Shown: one piece after another, positions 49,141 to 59,321 of the stretch | Position numbering within the stretch: the first letter of the stretch is position 1 | Layout of the letters: each line of letters opens with the position of its first letter | Origin: Nemertoderma westbladi | Taxonomy: Eukaryota; Animalia; Xenacoelomorpha | DNA: 64,000 bases | Direction of reading: 5' to 3' | NCBI GenBank assembly: GCA_032718475.1 | Contig: JAUCBJ010003973.1 | Coordinates: 1-64,000 of the forward strand | Program-made: the position numbers and the translations under genes | The notes under the pieces: generated by a model | What the model was told of the DNA's origin: nothing | The model's database searches: none | The model's input: only the letters and a program-made list of their open reading frames with translations

Positions 49141-50103
49141 AGAAGGCAGATAAGATAATAGCACAGGTAGGGGGGAACATAAATAAAATAAAATAAAATT
49201 AGAGGAAATAGGCACTTTGAGGGGTATATTTGCAAAATATACCAAGAAAGTATAACCTAGGACATAGGCCATTACTGAACGAAACTTGTATCATCTTGTT
49301 TAACGCCACTCACTTAAATTAAGCCTTTGTAAGGCCCACCAATTGGGTGAGCGCGGGAAAGTTCGTGATGGCGGAGAGGTTAGTAAAGAAGAGAAAGGCG
49401 GAGAGAGCATGAAACGGGCGAGACCGGGAGTGATGAGTCATATCACCTCCGAGAGGGGGGGTTAAGACGCGTCATGTAGACGAACGTATAATACTGTATA
49501 ATGTATATAATATATAATTATAATAATTAATTATTATATATAACTCGTATGTATATTATACAATATATACCGTAGTCAAGTACAACCTTTTTCCAATTAG
49601 CTACTGGGACTGGGGACTAATTGACTAGAACAGCAGCACAAGACTTAGACGGATCCCACTAACATGGTGCACACATGTGTGGGACCCAATAAGTGTGTGG
49701 AGAGTGAAAACGAAAATGGGGGAATGGGGGAAGTATGGGGAGGAGGTGTTGGCATGTGAGGAAGTGAAAGGAGTGCGATTCAAGTGTGGGGAGCGAGCAT
49801 GGAGGAGGATGAGTCCCAAGGGACTGGTGAGAGAGGAAGGGACAGCAAGGTCCGTGAGGAAAATTTGAGGAAGGTTAGAAAAAATTGTGTGGAGAGTGAG
49901 GACAATGATCTCAAACAGAAACACCAGATACCTTGGTGCAACATAGCTCGCGATTGCACCAAGGATGGGTAGTAACAACAGACCCAAGGGTCTGGTCTGG
50001 AAAGCCGACCCCGAGAAGAAAACAGCGGATTGGATTCCAGTGGAATTGAAGCGCACTTAAGGTTGATGCTATCCTCTCACCAGGAAGATAGCATGGGGGG
50101 GAG

Positions 50104-50763
50104 TGTAAGCAGATTCAATTCCCTACATTACCCACCAAAAATGGGACCAGTGGCATTTTACCAATATAGTTGGCGATGCGACATTACCAATATATAATCT
50201 CGCCTCATAACCAACTTGGGGGGGGGGGGGGCGACACACGCCCTAAGCCACAGAGAGAGGTGAGAGGTCAAACTACCTCATAGGGACAACCCAGCTAGCG
50301 AGGCTATCACCTGGGAATAACACCTACAGGGAGTGGCGAAGTGACAATTAGTATATAAGCCAATAGCGGGCAGGGAAGCATGTGGGGAAGGGCAGGAGGG
50401 CATCCATTGGGTACCAAAGGCCACAGTAGCGTAGAGGTGAAACCAATATGTATCAACCATATAGTTACTCTAATTAATGATTTACCGGTCAGTTGATTAT
50501 CACACAGTTGCGAACCGGCATAGTTTTTACCATCATTTCATATCCGCTGCTGTCGTCATTTATGCTATACTGATTATTGTTACTACAGTACTATACCTGC
50601 ATACATCTGACTGTGCTGTTATTTCTGAGATCTTTAATACGGAGAAACAAACTCTATTATTTTCCCCTACGGCCTTCGGCCAAAGATACTAGACCAGCAG
50701 CCCAGCAGCCAAGTGACGCGTACAACCTTACCCGGTCGGGATCTGAGAGTCGATCCCGTCACA
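50104..50763 (+). mobile_element. 3' LTR of the BEL/Pao element
   Basis: Preceded by a G-rich polypurine tract (50095-50103); TGTAAGC...CCCGTCACA termini. Confidence 0.88.
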
Positions 50764-51279
50764 GATATTGTTGGTTATCAATATTTATTGGATTCACATA
50801 CTAATGCCCAATGTACTTCTACCAACTGACCTGACTCCCCACCATTAATTTTGGTCCAATTATAATGGCACTGGAACTGCCAGAGCCTGTGCCGAATTAC
50901 ATTGGATGGTGTAAGTTATGTATTTGTTCGATGTTGCTACTCACTACTCAACTCAGGGCTGGAAAGCTTGTTAGCAGACCTCATCTATTTATATAGATTT
51001 TGATTAGTGCTTTAATTTATACACTATACTCTAGGGCTAGGCCTATCAGATTGCAGCTCAATAATAATTACTAAAAATACACAAAAGCTCCAGGTTCTCT
51101 CATTGGATACCATGGCGGGTTGTTCGTTTGTTAAGCCATTGTCTGTACCAGCTTGCTGCTAATAGGCTAGGCGCTGATGGTTGCTTGCGCTGGTATCCAT
51201 ATCTAAATGTTATTTTTTGTAACTTCAACCTTAAGTTTTGGACATATTTATGCCTACAAATTCTCACTCGACAGCTTTA

Positions 51280-51560
51280 AAAAAGTAAGTAAAGTAAATT
51301 TTCCTCGGCCGCTAAGGCCAGGGATTACGCACAAAGTCTGACGACTTATTTCCAGTGCGGTCCCCCCAGAACTTTACTCCCCAGAGGAAACTCCAGTACT
51401 CATTTAGCTACCACTTAAGGATGCAAGGCAGAGATGCGCCCTGGCTGGTCGCTTTAAACCATTCGTGCCGAAACGAAAACTGCCCTGGCCCATGTGAGGG
51501 TCGAACCCACGACCTACGGGAGATGTGAATTCAATGCAACCACTACACCAAGGTGGAACC
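51280..51560 (-). mobile_element. tRNA-derived SINE (second copy)
   Basis: Near-identical to 14828-15104. Confidence 0.9.
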
Positions 51561-53970
51561 TTATTATTGATCTTCGATCTGTCGAGCTTTAATTAAATCC
51601 GACAAATTTATTGGCATATGTCAAAATCGTAACGAAAGAAAATTGCTATTATTGACCCACTCACTTTTTGTAACAGAGTGTTAGTTCGCCAAGGCTCCGC
51701 CAACTTCGTGGCTCGCCCCACTCACTCTTCAACAATATTGATTTTACTTTAAGCACTAAATTAACTTTCACTTTGTTATATGTCCCCCAAACCCAGTTAT
51801 GGGTTTGCCCCCAGATTTGGCCTCTGCCCCCCCCCCCCCCCCCCCCCAGATATCAAGGTCACTACCATACGGGCCTGAGTACCAGAGTACTGCAGTACTG
51901 AAATATAAGTGCACTGGCTGGCACTTTGAATTTTCGACTGAAACATTGGCCATCTTTGAATATACCACAATTTTATAAACCTTGCCAATGAAATCAGCAC
52001 ATTATAAAACCTCAGTAGCCAAACTATACGGCCAAATTACCACTTTTGGCTATTTGAAAATTTCGAGCTACTTGTAATTTTGGTGCTCTTTTAGTGTCTA
52101 TTATAAAATAAACAATTAAGATTTTATTCTAATTTCGCTTTCGATTACTAAGAATTAATTCGACTAACCAAAAAAGCATGTAAGGGTCCAGTAGTATACC
52201 GCTTACCAGATCCTAGTAACGATGTATCTTACTATGAGACTCTAGTAATGTATACGGGCTTGTACAGTATCTGACAACAAATCCCAGTCCAGGATATCTA
52301 AACAAACAGATACAATACACAAACGACTACTGGCGAGGAACAGAGCCTTGTATCTATTCTATGTACGTGAGCGGGTCTAATGCCTACGTACTAGACAGAA
52401 GGATACCTGTCCTCTAACCGGTGAGGCAGATGTACAGTTACAGTAACAGACCAAACTCACGGGAAAACAATCCCCGCGCAGCGAATCCTAACTATCACTG
52501 ACAGTCCTAAATACAGTAACTTGCCGCGGTGTGATTTATATGGTTTATATACGAGCTAGTGGGTTAACAGACCTAGCGTAACAACACTGACAGTCCTAAA
52601 TCAGTCGAAAAGGGGTCGTACCTAAATGTAACAATAACTGATCCCCCTGTACGAAATCAGTCTAAAGGGTCAAGCCTAAATGTAACAATACCGTTGTCCA
52701 GACAAACAACAGTTTAATAACGAAAATGAAATACTCCTTATTTTGCCGCAACTAAATCAGATCCTAATTTTACAAATACAGATAATTTCCACCTAAAGTA
52801 ATGTATAGTACGCTATAGCTAGTAGAACTTTAAGGGCAATATGTTTTAGGGCGTGTGTGTGTGGGTGTGTTACAAATAAAACAATTTCGTGTAATTCCTT
52901 TTACTAGGTTTTAGTGATTTTCTGACTAAATGATACCGTGCGCTAGCTACTAAAATAAACTAGTCGCGTTTTGTAGAACTTTATACTCACGAATGACGTC
53001 AAAGCTCTCTCCTTCCTATCCACAACCCAATGGGCAACCACAGTGTTAGTAACTACACCCGTGATCGGCACTAATACCAGATTCTGGTTGTAAGATAAGA
53101 ATAGGGGTTAATCGCTACCGTACGTTAGCTGATCTGGTATACTAATTTAATTCTAGAACTTTGTTGCTGCGGTAGTTAGCAGCAATACCTATCAGTACGT
53201 GGCAAGGCGCGGTAGGATATTAATAAACCTCCCTAGGCCAAGCAGTGTGCCGGTAGCAGAAATGCTCCTTGCCTGATCAAATAGCTAACTCCAGACAGGG
53301 GGGGGGGGGGGGGGGGGTACTAATGTACGTTCTACAAAGCGAACCGGTACCAAACAGTCAGTGCTACGACTCACTAAATTATGGAACATATGCTGTCCGT
53401 ACCTAATATGTACTCGCGTACTGACGAATGGCAATAGTTCGCACCTGTAGGAAGTACAGGTTAACCCAGGGGTTCGTAGGACTTGACAAAGGGGGGGGGG
53501 GGGGTGTCTGGATATAATTATTTGATCCTAAATTTGCGGCGTCCAGTACGGCGTCACGCTTACCCTGATCTATAGGTCTTACGGCGGGCAAGGGCGTCGA
53601 ACAAAGTCTTACCTTCTCACAAAGCGGGCGCTGCATAGCAAGTGGAGTATTTCGAAGGGGCAAAGGGGGTGCGCGGTCAATCCAATGTGGGCGCTAGCGT
53701 GTTGTGGACATCTCTTCCCTGCGTTGCTTACGGCCTAACGGTCTAGGCTGCCATCTCCCTGATGTTCGGCTGTCCCGAAGTTGGACCAAAAGAAAACATG
53801 TCAGGAATTTGCAGTATATTTACAGTTTTACAAAAGGGTTTATCAAATAAAGTTTCAACAAGAAACCGAATTAACTAAATTTACAAGAATAAACGATCTA
53901 AGAAGGGGGTAAGGTATGTATGACGTGATAAGAGAGAAGATAATAACGTGATAACCGAAGGCAAACCGGC

Positions 53971-54190
53971 CTTTTATACTAGAAATTGCACATGGAAACT
54001 AAACAGAATTTTCCACAGCTTCACCATTGAGCAATGAAGTGCTTCGTGCTCTATGATTGGCCCAGCTCATAGTTCAACGCAGTCCGGCCCTTACACTAAT
54101 CTGGGACATGGAATCCTAACAGAATTTTCCACTGCCTCACATTTGAGCAATAAGATAATTTATGCCCTATGATTGGCCTGGCTCATCATT
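53971..54190 (-). promoter_or_regulatory. Pol II promoter-like module: TATAAAAG preceded by a duplicated ~118-bp CCAAT-containing unit
   Basis: cttttata at 53971-53978. catggaa...cagaattttccac...ttgagcaat...ctatgattggcc..gctcat occurs twice (~53989-54070 and ~54107-54187). Confidence 0.55.
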
Positions 54191-54264
54191 CGCTACGCTG
54201 TACGCTTCTCATTGGCCTACCAATTAGCACCACACGAAAATAAATGGCCCCAAAATACAAATTT

Positions 54265-54334
54265 CCCGACTGGGATTCGAACACGTAACCTATGTAATGT
54301 AACCAACGCCTTAACCATCTGACCACTACGCCAC
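54265..54334 (-). pseudogene. tRNA-like sequence (pseudo-tRNA or SINE head)
   Basis: tagtggtcagatggttaaggcg D-arm-like segment and gttcgaatccc T-loop; no well-formed anticodon or acceptor stem. Confidence 0.55.
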
Positions 54335-55328
54335 GAGAGTACCTAAGGGTTTTATGTGTACAAATATGAATAGGCATATTACATTACTGTAACTCAATCA
54401 AAATACGTCGGATTTTCGAAAGTTTTTACGTTAAAGTTAAACTACAAATGCTACCTTATAGTGAAATAATTCATCACCGCTCCATGAAAACAGTAAGTAA
54501 GGCTGTTTTCACCAATCGAAATATAAAATATCTACAAACTATTTCTAAATTTACTGGTAGGGCCTAAAATATAAAATATAATCACTATCTAATTATTGCA
54601 TACTTAATATTGCAGATATGGCGTAAATACAATCGATCGTACATACAAATACAAATTTACTAATCAACTTTAGTGCCTAAAATACAAAAAAAAGGCTTTC
54701 GGTTATCAAGGTAAGCAAATTAAACAAATCAGAACAAATAAATCAAACAAATCAAACAAATAAATCAAACAAATCAAACAAATAAATCAAACAAATCAAA
54801 CAAATAAATCAAACTCTTTTGATAAATCTTTATATATTGTAAATATACATAATAAACCTTCACCAAATTAAATCAATCCAAATATAATATAAACACAATG
54901 CGCTAATAACTTCCAATAGTGTCTTAAAAGGTCCTCCTGACGAGCTTAAAAGTTCGTCCTGCTGGTCTGGATATCTTCTCCTGAGCACTAATTGCTAACG
55001 GTAGGCTCGCAAGCCTTCCTTTCCATATCTCGCTCCTCCAAACCCAACATTCAAACATAATGTCCAATATAAATATCCAAATAAAATATCCAAATAAAAT
55101 ATCCAAATATAATATCCAAATATAATATCCAAATCGGTAGGCTCGCAAGCCTTCCTTCCACTCGCTTCCTATTCCTTCGCTGAGCGGGCTCGTCCACGTC
55201 CTCTAGTGCGATTGGGGGGTGGTCGAGGTCGAACTGGGCTCGGCCTTCGGCGTCGAGTCGTCGGTGGTTCCAAAACGCTAGGAAAGGGGACGACGGGAGT
55301 TTCGCACATCCGTCGTGCGCTCAATCCT

Positions 55329-56969
55329 CTAAATCCTCGTCCGATTCCAACTGTCGACAACGCTAGGAGGAAGTCGAAAAGGTAGGACCGTTCCGTCCGT
55401 TGACACCTCGCTCTCTGACGTCGTTTGAATCCTAATGGGTTCAGTCAAAGCGTATCCTGTCCCTCCGCGTGGTTCTCTAGCAAGGGAAACCGTGCCCCGA
55501 GTCATCCGGATTTGCGACTTCGATGTCGTCCTCTCGGCGACATTCACTATCTTCTTAATCTCTTGTCCGGCCTTCTGGGCTTTGAGTATACGAAATTGCT
55601 GATCATCCTGTGGGTGACGCGTCTTCTCCGCTAACGGCGTGGCCTTGAAGCCAGTCTCACGCAAAACGTCGGTCTCGTCCAGAATGCACGAGGTTACGCG
55701 TTTGTGATAAAATGCGCTCCGGTATGCCCAAGCTATCGAATGCCAGGCTCCTCGATTCCGCTGTTCAACTCGCAGTTTATCGAATTCTCCGGCGGTAATC
55801 TTGTTCACCACAGTTTGAAAGTTCCAAGTATTCTTGTTGTCCGGGTGCACTTGTAAGAAATAGTCCCGCACAACTTTGAATCCACTGTCCAATGGCAATA
55901 TATCCAATACCTCCAACAATTCATCGTACTGAGGCATAGCCGATACATATCCTTCCTTTGACATTATGAGAGGGTTTACGGCCCAAAATCCCAAATGTGC
56001 TCTCATAGGGAAGCGGCGTCGCTGCGTCGATACATGCTCGTCTGCTAGATCCTCCCAATGGTCGAATAATTGTCGAACGATTTTAACTGACATGTGCTCA
56101 TAGGGGACGTCTCTAAGTTGACATTCAGATGCCCTATGGCCCTTAATATTACAATAAGTACACTGCGCCACGAAACGCCAGCAAGTGTAGAAAGTGTGCG
56201 AACGTTGATCCCCGCACCAGTTGCATACTAAATCCGGTAGAGATATGTGCTTCGCTCCGCACTTCTTTGCGTGATGGCCAGTTGCTCCACATCTGCCACA
56301 AATAGTGTTGGCAGGATACCAAACTCGCTCATAGATGAGGTCTCCGATGGGGCGAGCGCTACCGTCCACGTGATAATTCTCATCATCCGGGTCAGTCGGT
56401 ATGTTCGTCTCCGTAGGTTGTACACAAACCATGGCATCGCTTTTCTCTAACTCGCGTATCTCAGTTTGCGTCTTCCTTGGAAGGTTCTCTTCTATTTCTA
56501 TGAGTTGCCGTAACGGTTCGTCTATTAGCGCCAACTCGGTCGGATCCACATCGTCATGATGGGCGGTAGGCTCGCGAGCCTTCCAGGATCCTTCCGGGCG
56601 TTCGAATTCCGCGTGGCGTTCCCCGTCATAGGGTACTAACGTTAACATCGACGGTCTGTCGACTAGACTTCCCGCGTGAGTGAGATAGACGTCCCTGAAA
56701 ACGCTAAGTCCTGCTCGCGTGAAAACTTCGCAGTGCGCATCGGTGTTATAAAAGGGTTGGAGAAATCGTCGGAATACATCAGTATGCGTCCTTCCTCCAT
56801 CGTAAAAGGTATGTCCTTCGCCAAGACATAACGGGTGTCGCTTTAAGGTTCTGGATACTACGTCCGCGATGAAACAAACGTTAACCGAAGATTCTATCGC
56901 TAAATAGTATTGCAAGATTATCCGCGGAGGTGAAGTAATCGCCCAATACACGCAACCTCGCCACTTCAA
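55329..56969 (-). CDS. C-terminal half of the exonuclease/zinc-knuckle protein: three CCHC-type knuckles
   Basis: CGRCGATGHHAKKC, CNWCGDQRSHTFYTC, CTYCNIKGHRASEC. The frame is open upstream of the listed start and overlaps the previous ORF. Confidence 0.75.
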   Translation of the reverse strand: MKWRGCVYWAITSPPRIILQYYLAIESSVNVCFIADVVSRTLKRHPLCLGEGHTFYDGGRTHTDVFRRFLQPFYNTDAHCEVFTRAGLSVFRDVYLTHAGSLVDRPSMLTLVPYDGERHAEFERPEGSWKAREPTAHHDDVDPTELALIDEPLRQLIEIEENLPRKTQTEIRELEKSDAMVCVQPTETNIPTDPDDENYHVDGSARPIGDLIYERVWYPANTICGRCGATGHHAKKCGAKHISLPDLVCNWCGDQRSHTFYTCWRFVAQCTYCNIKGHRASECQLRDVPYEHMSVKIVRQLFDHWEDLADEHVSTQRRRFPMRAHLGFWAVNPLIMSKEGYVSAMPQYDELLEVLDILPLDSGFKVVRDYFLQVHPDNKNTWNFQTVVNKITAGEFDKLRVEQRNRGAWHSIAWAYRSAFYHKRVTSCILDETDVLRETGFKATPLAEKTRHPQDDQQFRILKAQKAGQEIKKIVNVAERTTSKSQIRMTRGTVSLAREPRGGTGYALTEPIRIQTTSESEVSTDGTVLPFRLPPSVVDSWNRTRI

Positions 56970-58712
56970 CTGTGACTCGACTCGTTTACGCCGGGGGTAT
57001 CTCCCTCTCCGTATACGTCCGTGTATTTGTTCCTCTTACTCTCCTTGTAATCCCAACTGAACATTAGATATGAGATATAACCCGTCCCAGTTTTTAGCGT
57101 GTTATACTCTCTAAAGTATCCTTGCTCAATAGCCCAAAGCAACAATGGTCTAGTATCCACGTATGGCGTAGGCAATCGGTCCTCTTCCGTGGGCATCCCT
57201 GCAAAGTCGCTAATGAGGTCATCCCGTACGCCGGATCCGATCTTGACGATGCTCTTATCCAACACAACGTCTCGCACGGCCTTTGGCAACATCCTAGCTT
57301 CTATGCTACAAGCCAGGTCCATGGATTTAACTATCCGTTTTATCATCGCGTGTCTTTGCGTCGTTCCTTCCGGCATAGGCATCTTCCTATCACTCCTCTG
57401 TCGGCTGAAGACATGCAACACGCCATCTGGTGCTCTAATCTGTATCGTCTTTGAAGTGAGGCTTTGCTGATGGCTTCCTCCTTCATTATCATAAAACATA
57501 TATCCATTCTCTTTCAGAGATCGGCTAGTCACGTCCCAATCGTCGAGTAAATCGTCGGTAGGGTTCCAAATTCTCCCAATCGACTTTTCATCATCGAAAC
57601 TAATAGGTTTACCAGTCCAATTGGTCGCGATATCGGTGTCGGTCTCAAACGTCCCAACTCCGATCCATAATCGAATCGTTTTCGTCAGATATCCTCGCAA
57701 GATACAAGGTGCGATATCCGTCCCCGCGCGATCCACTTCCTTAACGTCCGTGATATGTGGAGGCACGTTGCGTACGATTTTTTGAACTATTACTTTACGC
57801 AACTCGGTTGATTCTAACACATCACCGAAGGTGACCGATGGGAGGAAATCCAGGTTCGAGATGATCTCCGGGTGTTCAACTATAGGGATCTCGTAAGTTG
57901 TCTCCTTCCGGGTCGGTATACTAATAGGAAAACTAGTTGGTCTCGCAACCGGTACTATTGCTCCAGTAGAATGGGGCTGAGGTTCTCGCGTCATCTCAAC
58001 GTGAGGTATCTGTAGTCTCTGCGACAAACGCTGAGCAAAGGTGATACTATCGAAGAGCTCGGGTGTCATCTCCTTGGGTTCGGTTTGATCGTGGGATATC
58101 CAATAGAATGGTAGGCTCGCGAGCCTTCCGCCGAACTCCTCGATCTCGCCTTTCTCGTACGCCTTGTACGCCCTGTAGAGGCTCAAAGCTTCCCGCTTCT
58201 CTTGTGTCGACTTATTAGACTCGTCCACTACCATGCTGTAGACGTCTGGTTCGACTAATTTTGGTTCGTAAATAACGATCTCACCCGCGTTCGGTCCACT
58301 CATCTTAAATGAATGATACGGATTTGTCAAAGGGTATCCGCCTTCTTGGTAACGTAGACTTTGGTGGTGTGAACATCGCGCTAATATCGGCTCGGGGTTC
58401 TCCGAGTTCAACCGCATAGGAATCGCGTTGTCTTGCTCGCGCATACACGCTCCACATTTATAAAACAGTTTGTATACGGAAAACGCGTCCTTGGTCTCTG
58501 GATCCGCTCCTCGAGCGCGTCTATAAAGATGCATTCCTTCAAATTCGTCTCTAGCTGCAGGTAAAGGTTCGTTTACCGTCAAATATTGCAGCGTATGATA
58601 CAATCGGCGTATTTCGGTGTCTGGATCCTCGCAAATGTCGCTAGCGTCGCATAACGCATCGTAGGGATATAACGCTGTTAGCTTATTCAATCCCGCCAAC
58701 ACCCCATAAAGT
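56966..58712 (-). CDS. WRN/EXD-type DEDDy 3'-5' exonuclease-containing ORF, 5'-interrupted by a BEL LTR
   Basis: ExoI-like FYDNEG, TIQIRAPDG.LHVF, ExoII-like LPKAVRDVVLDKSIVKIGSGVRDD, YVDT. The listed N-terminus above 58712 is LTR sequence. Confidence 0.75.
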
Positions 58713-59216
58713 TGTAAGCCGATAAGCAATATTGGGAGCCGCGAGATTGGGCAATTAACCAACTCGCGCCATCCCAATAAGAGTGGGAAGGAAGCACACA
58801 ATAGAGGGTCAGGGGCCAAACCCCTAACCCAGAGAGAACACAGTGGAGTGAACGGGAATACTCCACGGGGCGCCAACAAGGGTATCAACCAATCAGAGGG
58901 GGGAATGGCATCGATTGAGTAGCAATTAGGCCAACCGTGCAGTATAGCCACTTGGCAGTAATATTACCTATTCAGTTATCACAGTGCAGCAGTGCTAGCG
59001 TAGGGTACAGCCAATTAGTTTAGTTAGGGGATCACGGGACTTTAGTTACCGTATCCCGCCTTGTACACATTTACAATATATCCATATCTTATAACCTCCT
59101 ATTATACACCGAACTTCAGAACTCAGTCACTTTATTTCATCCTTATACACGGCGGGGACGCGTGGACTAAATTACCACAACCGGATAAATCGGGATCCCC
59201 CTTGGATCCCGTCACA
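58713..59216 (+). mobile_element. 5' LTR of a BEL/Pao retrotransposon
   Basis: TGTAAGCC...GATCCCGTCACA; same terminal motifs as the LTR at 50104-50763; followed by gag. Confidence 0.85.
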
Positions 59217-59321
59217 GTAACTAAATCGGTGCTGCTTCCCCAGCTAAACTCAGTAACTAAAGCCAGCTGCCGCCCTAGACAAACTCTATAAACACTAGCC
59301 ACCGAAATCTGCAGAAGAGAG

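Larger units (their letters stand above)
46301..50763 (+). mobile_element. Degenerate, 5'-truncated BEL/Pao LTR retrotransposon
   Basis: Gag knuckles (CQLH..HKTMNC; CHRCVVGGHGFEEC), protease LVDSRAAFT, P.AILTPFGWT, and decayed pol pieces. Homologous to 63005-64000. Confidence 0.88.
52179..58712 (-). mobile_element. Putative 3' part of a large LTR-type retroelement carrying an exonuclease/zinc-knuckle ORF
   Basis: CpG-rich block ending ...cccttaCA on the minus strand at 52179, with a TATA/CCAAT promoter downstream of the ORF as in a 3' LTR. No gag/pol of its own is visible in the window. Confidence 0.45.

Noticed and set aside
58713-58951. N-terminal ~80 aa of the 661-aa ORF
   Set aside because: Read-through into the antisense BEL LTR; not part of the original gene.
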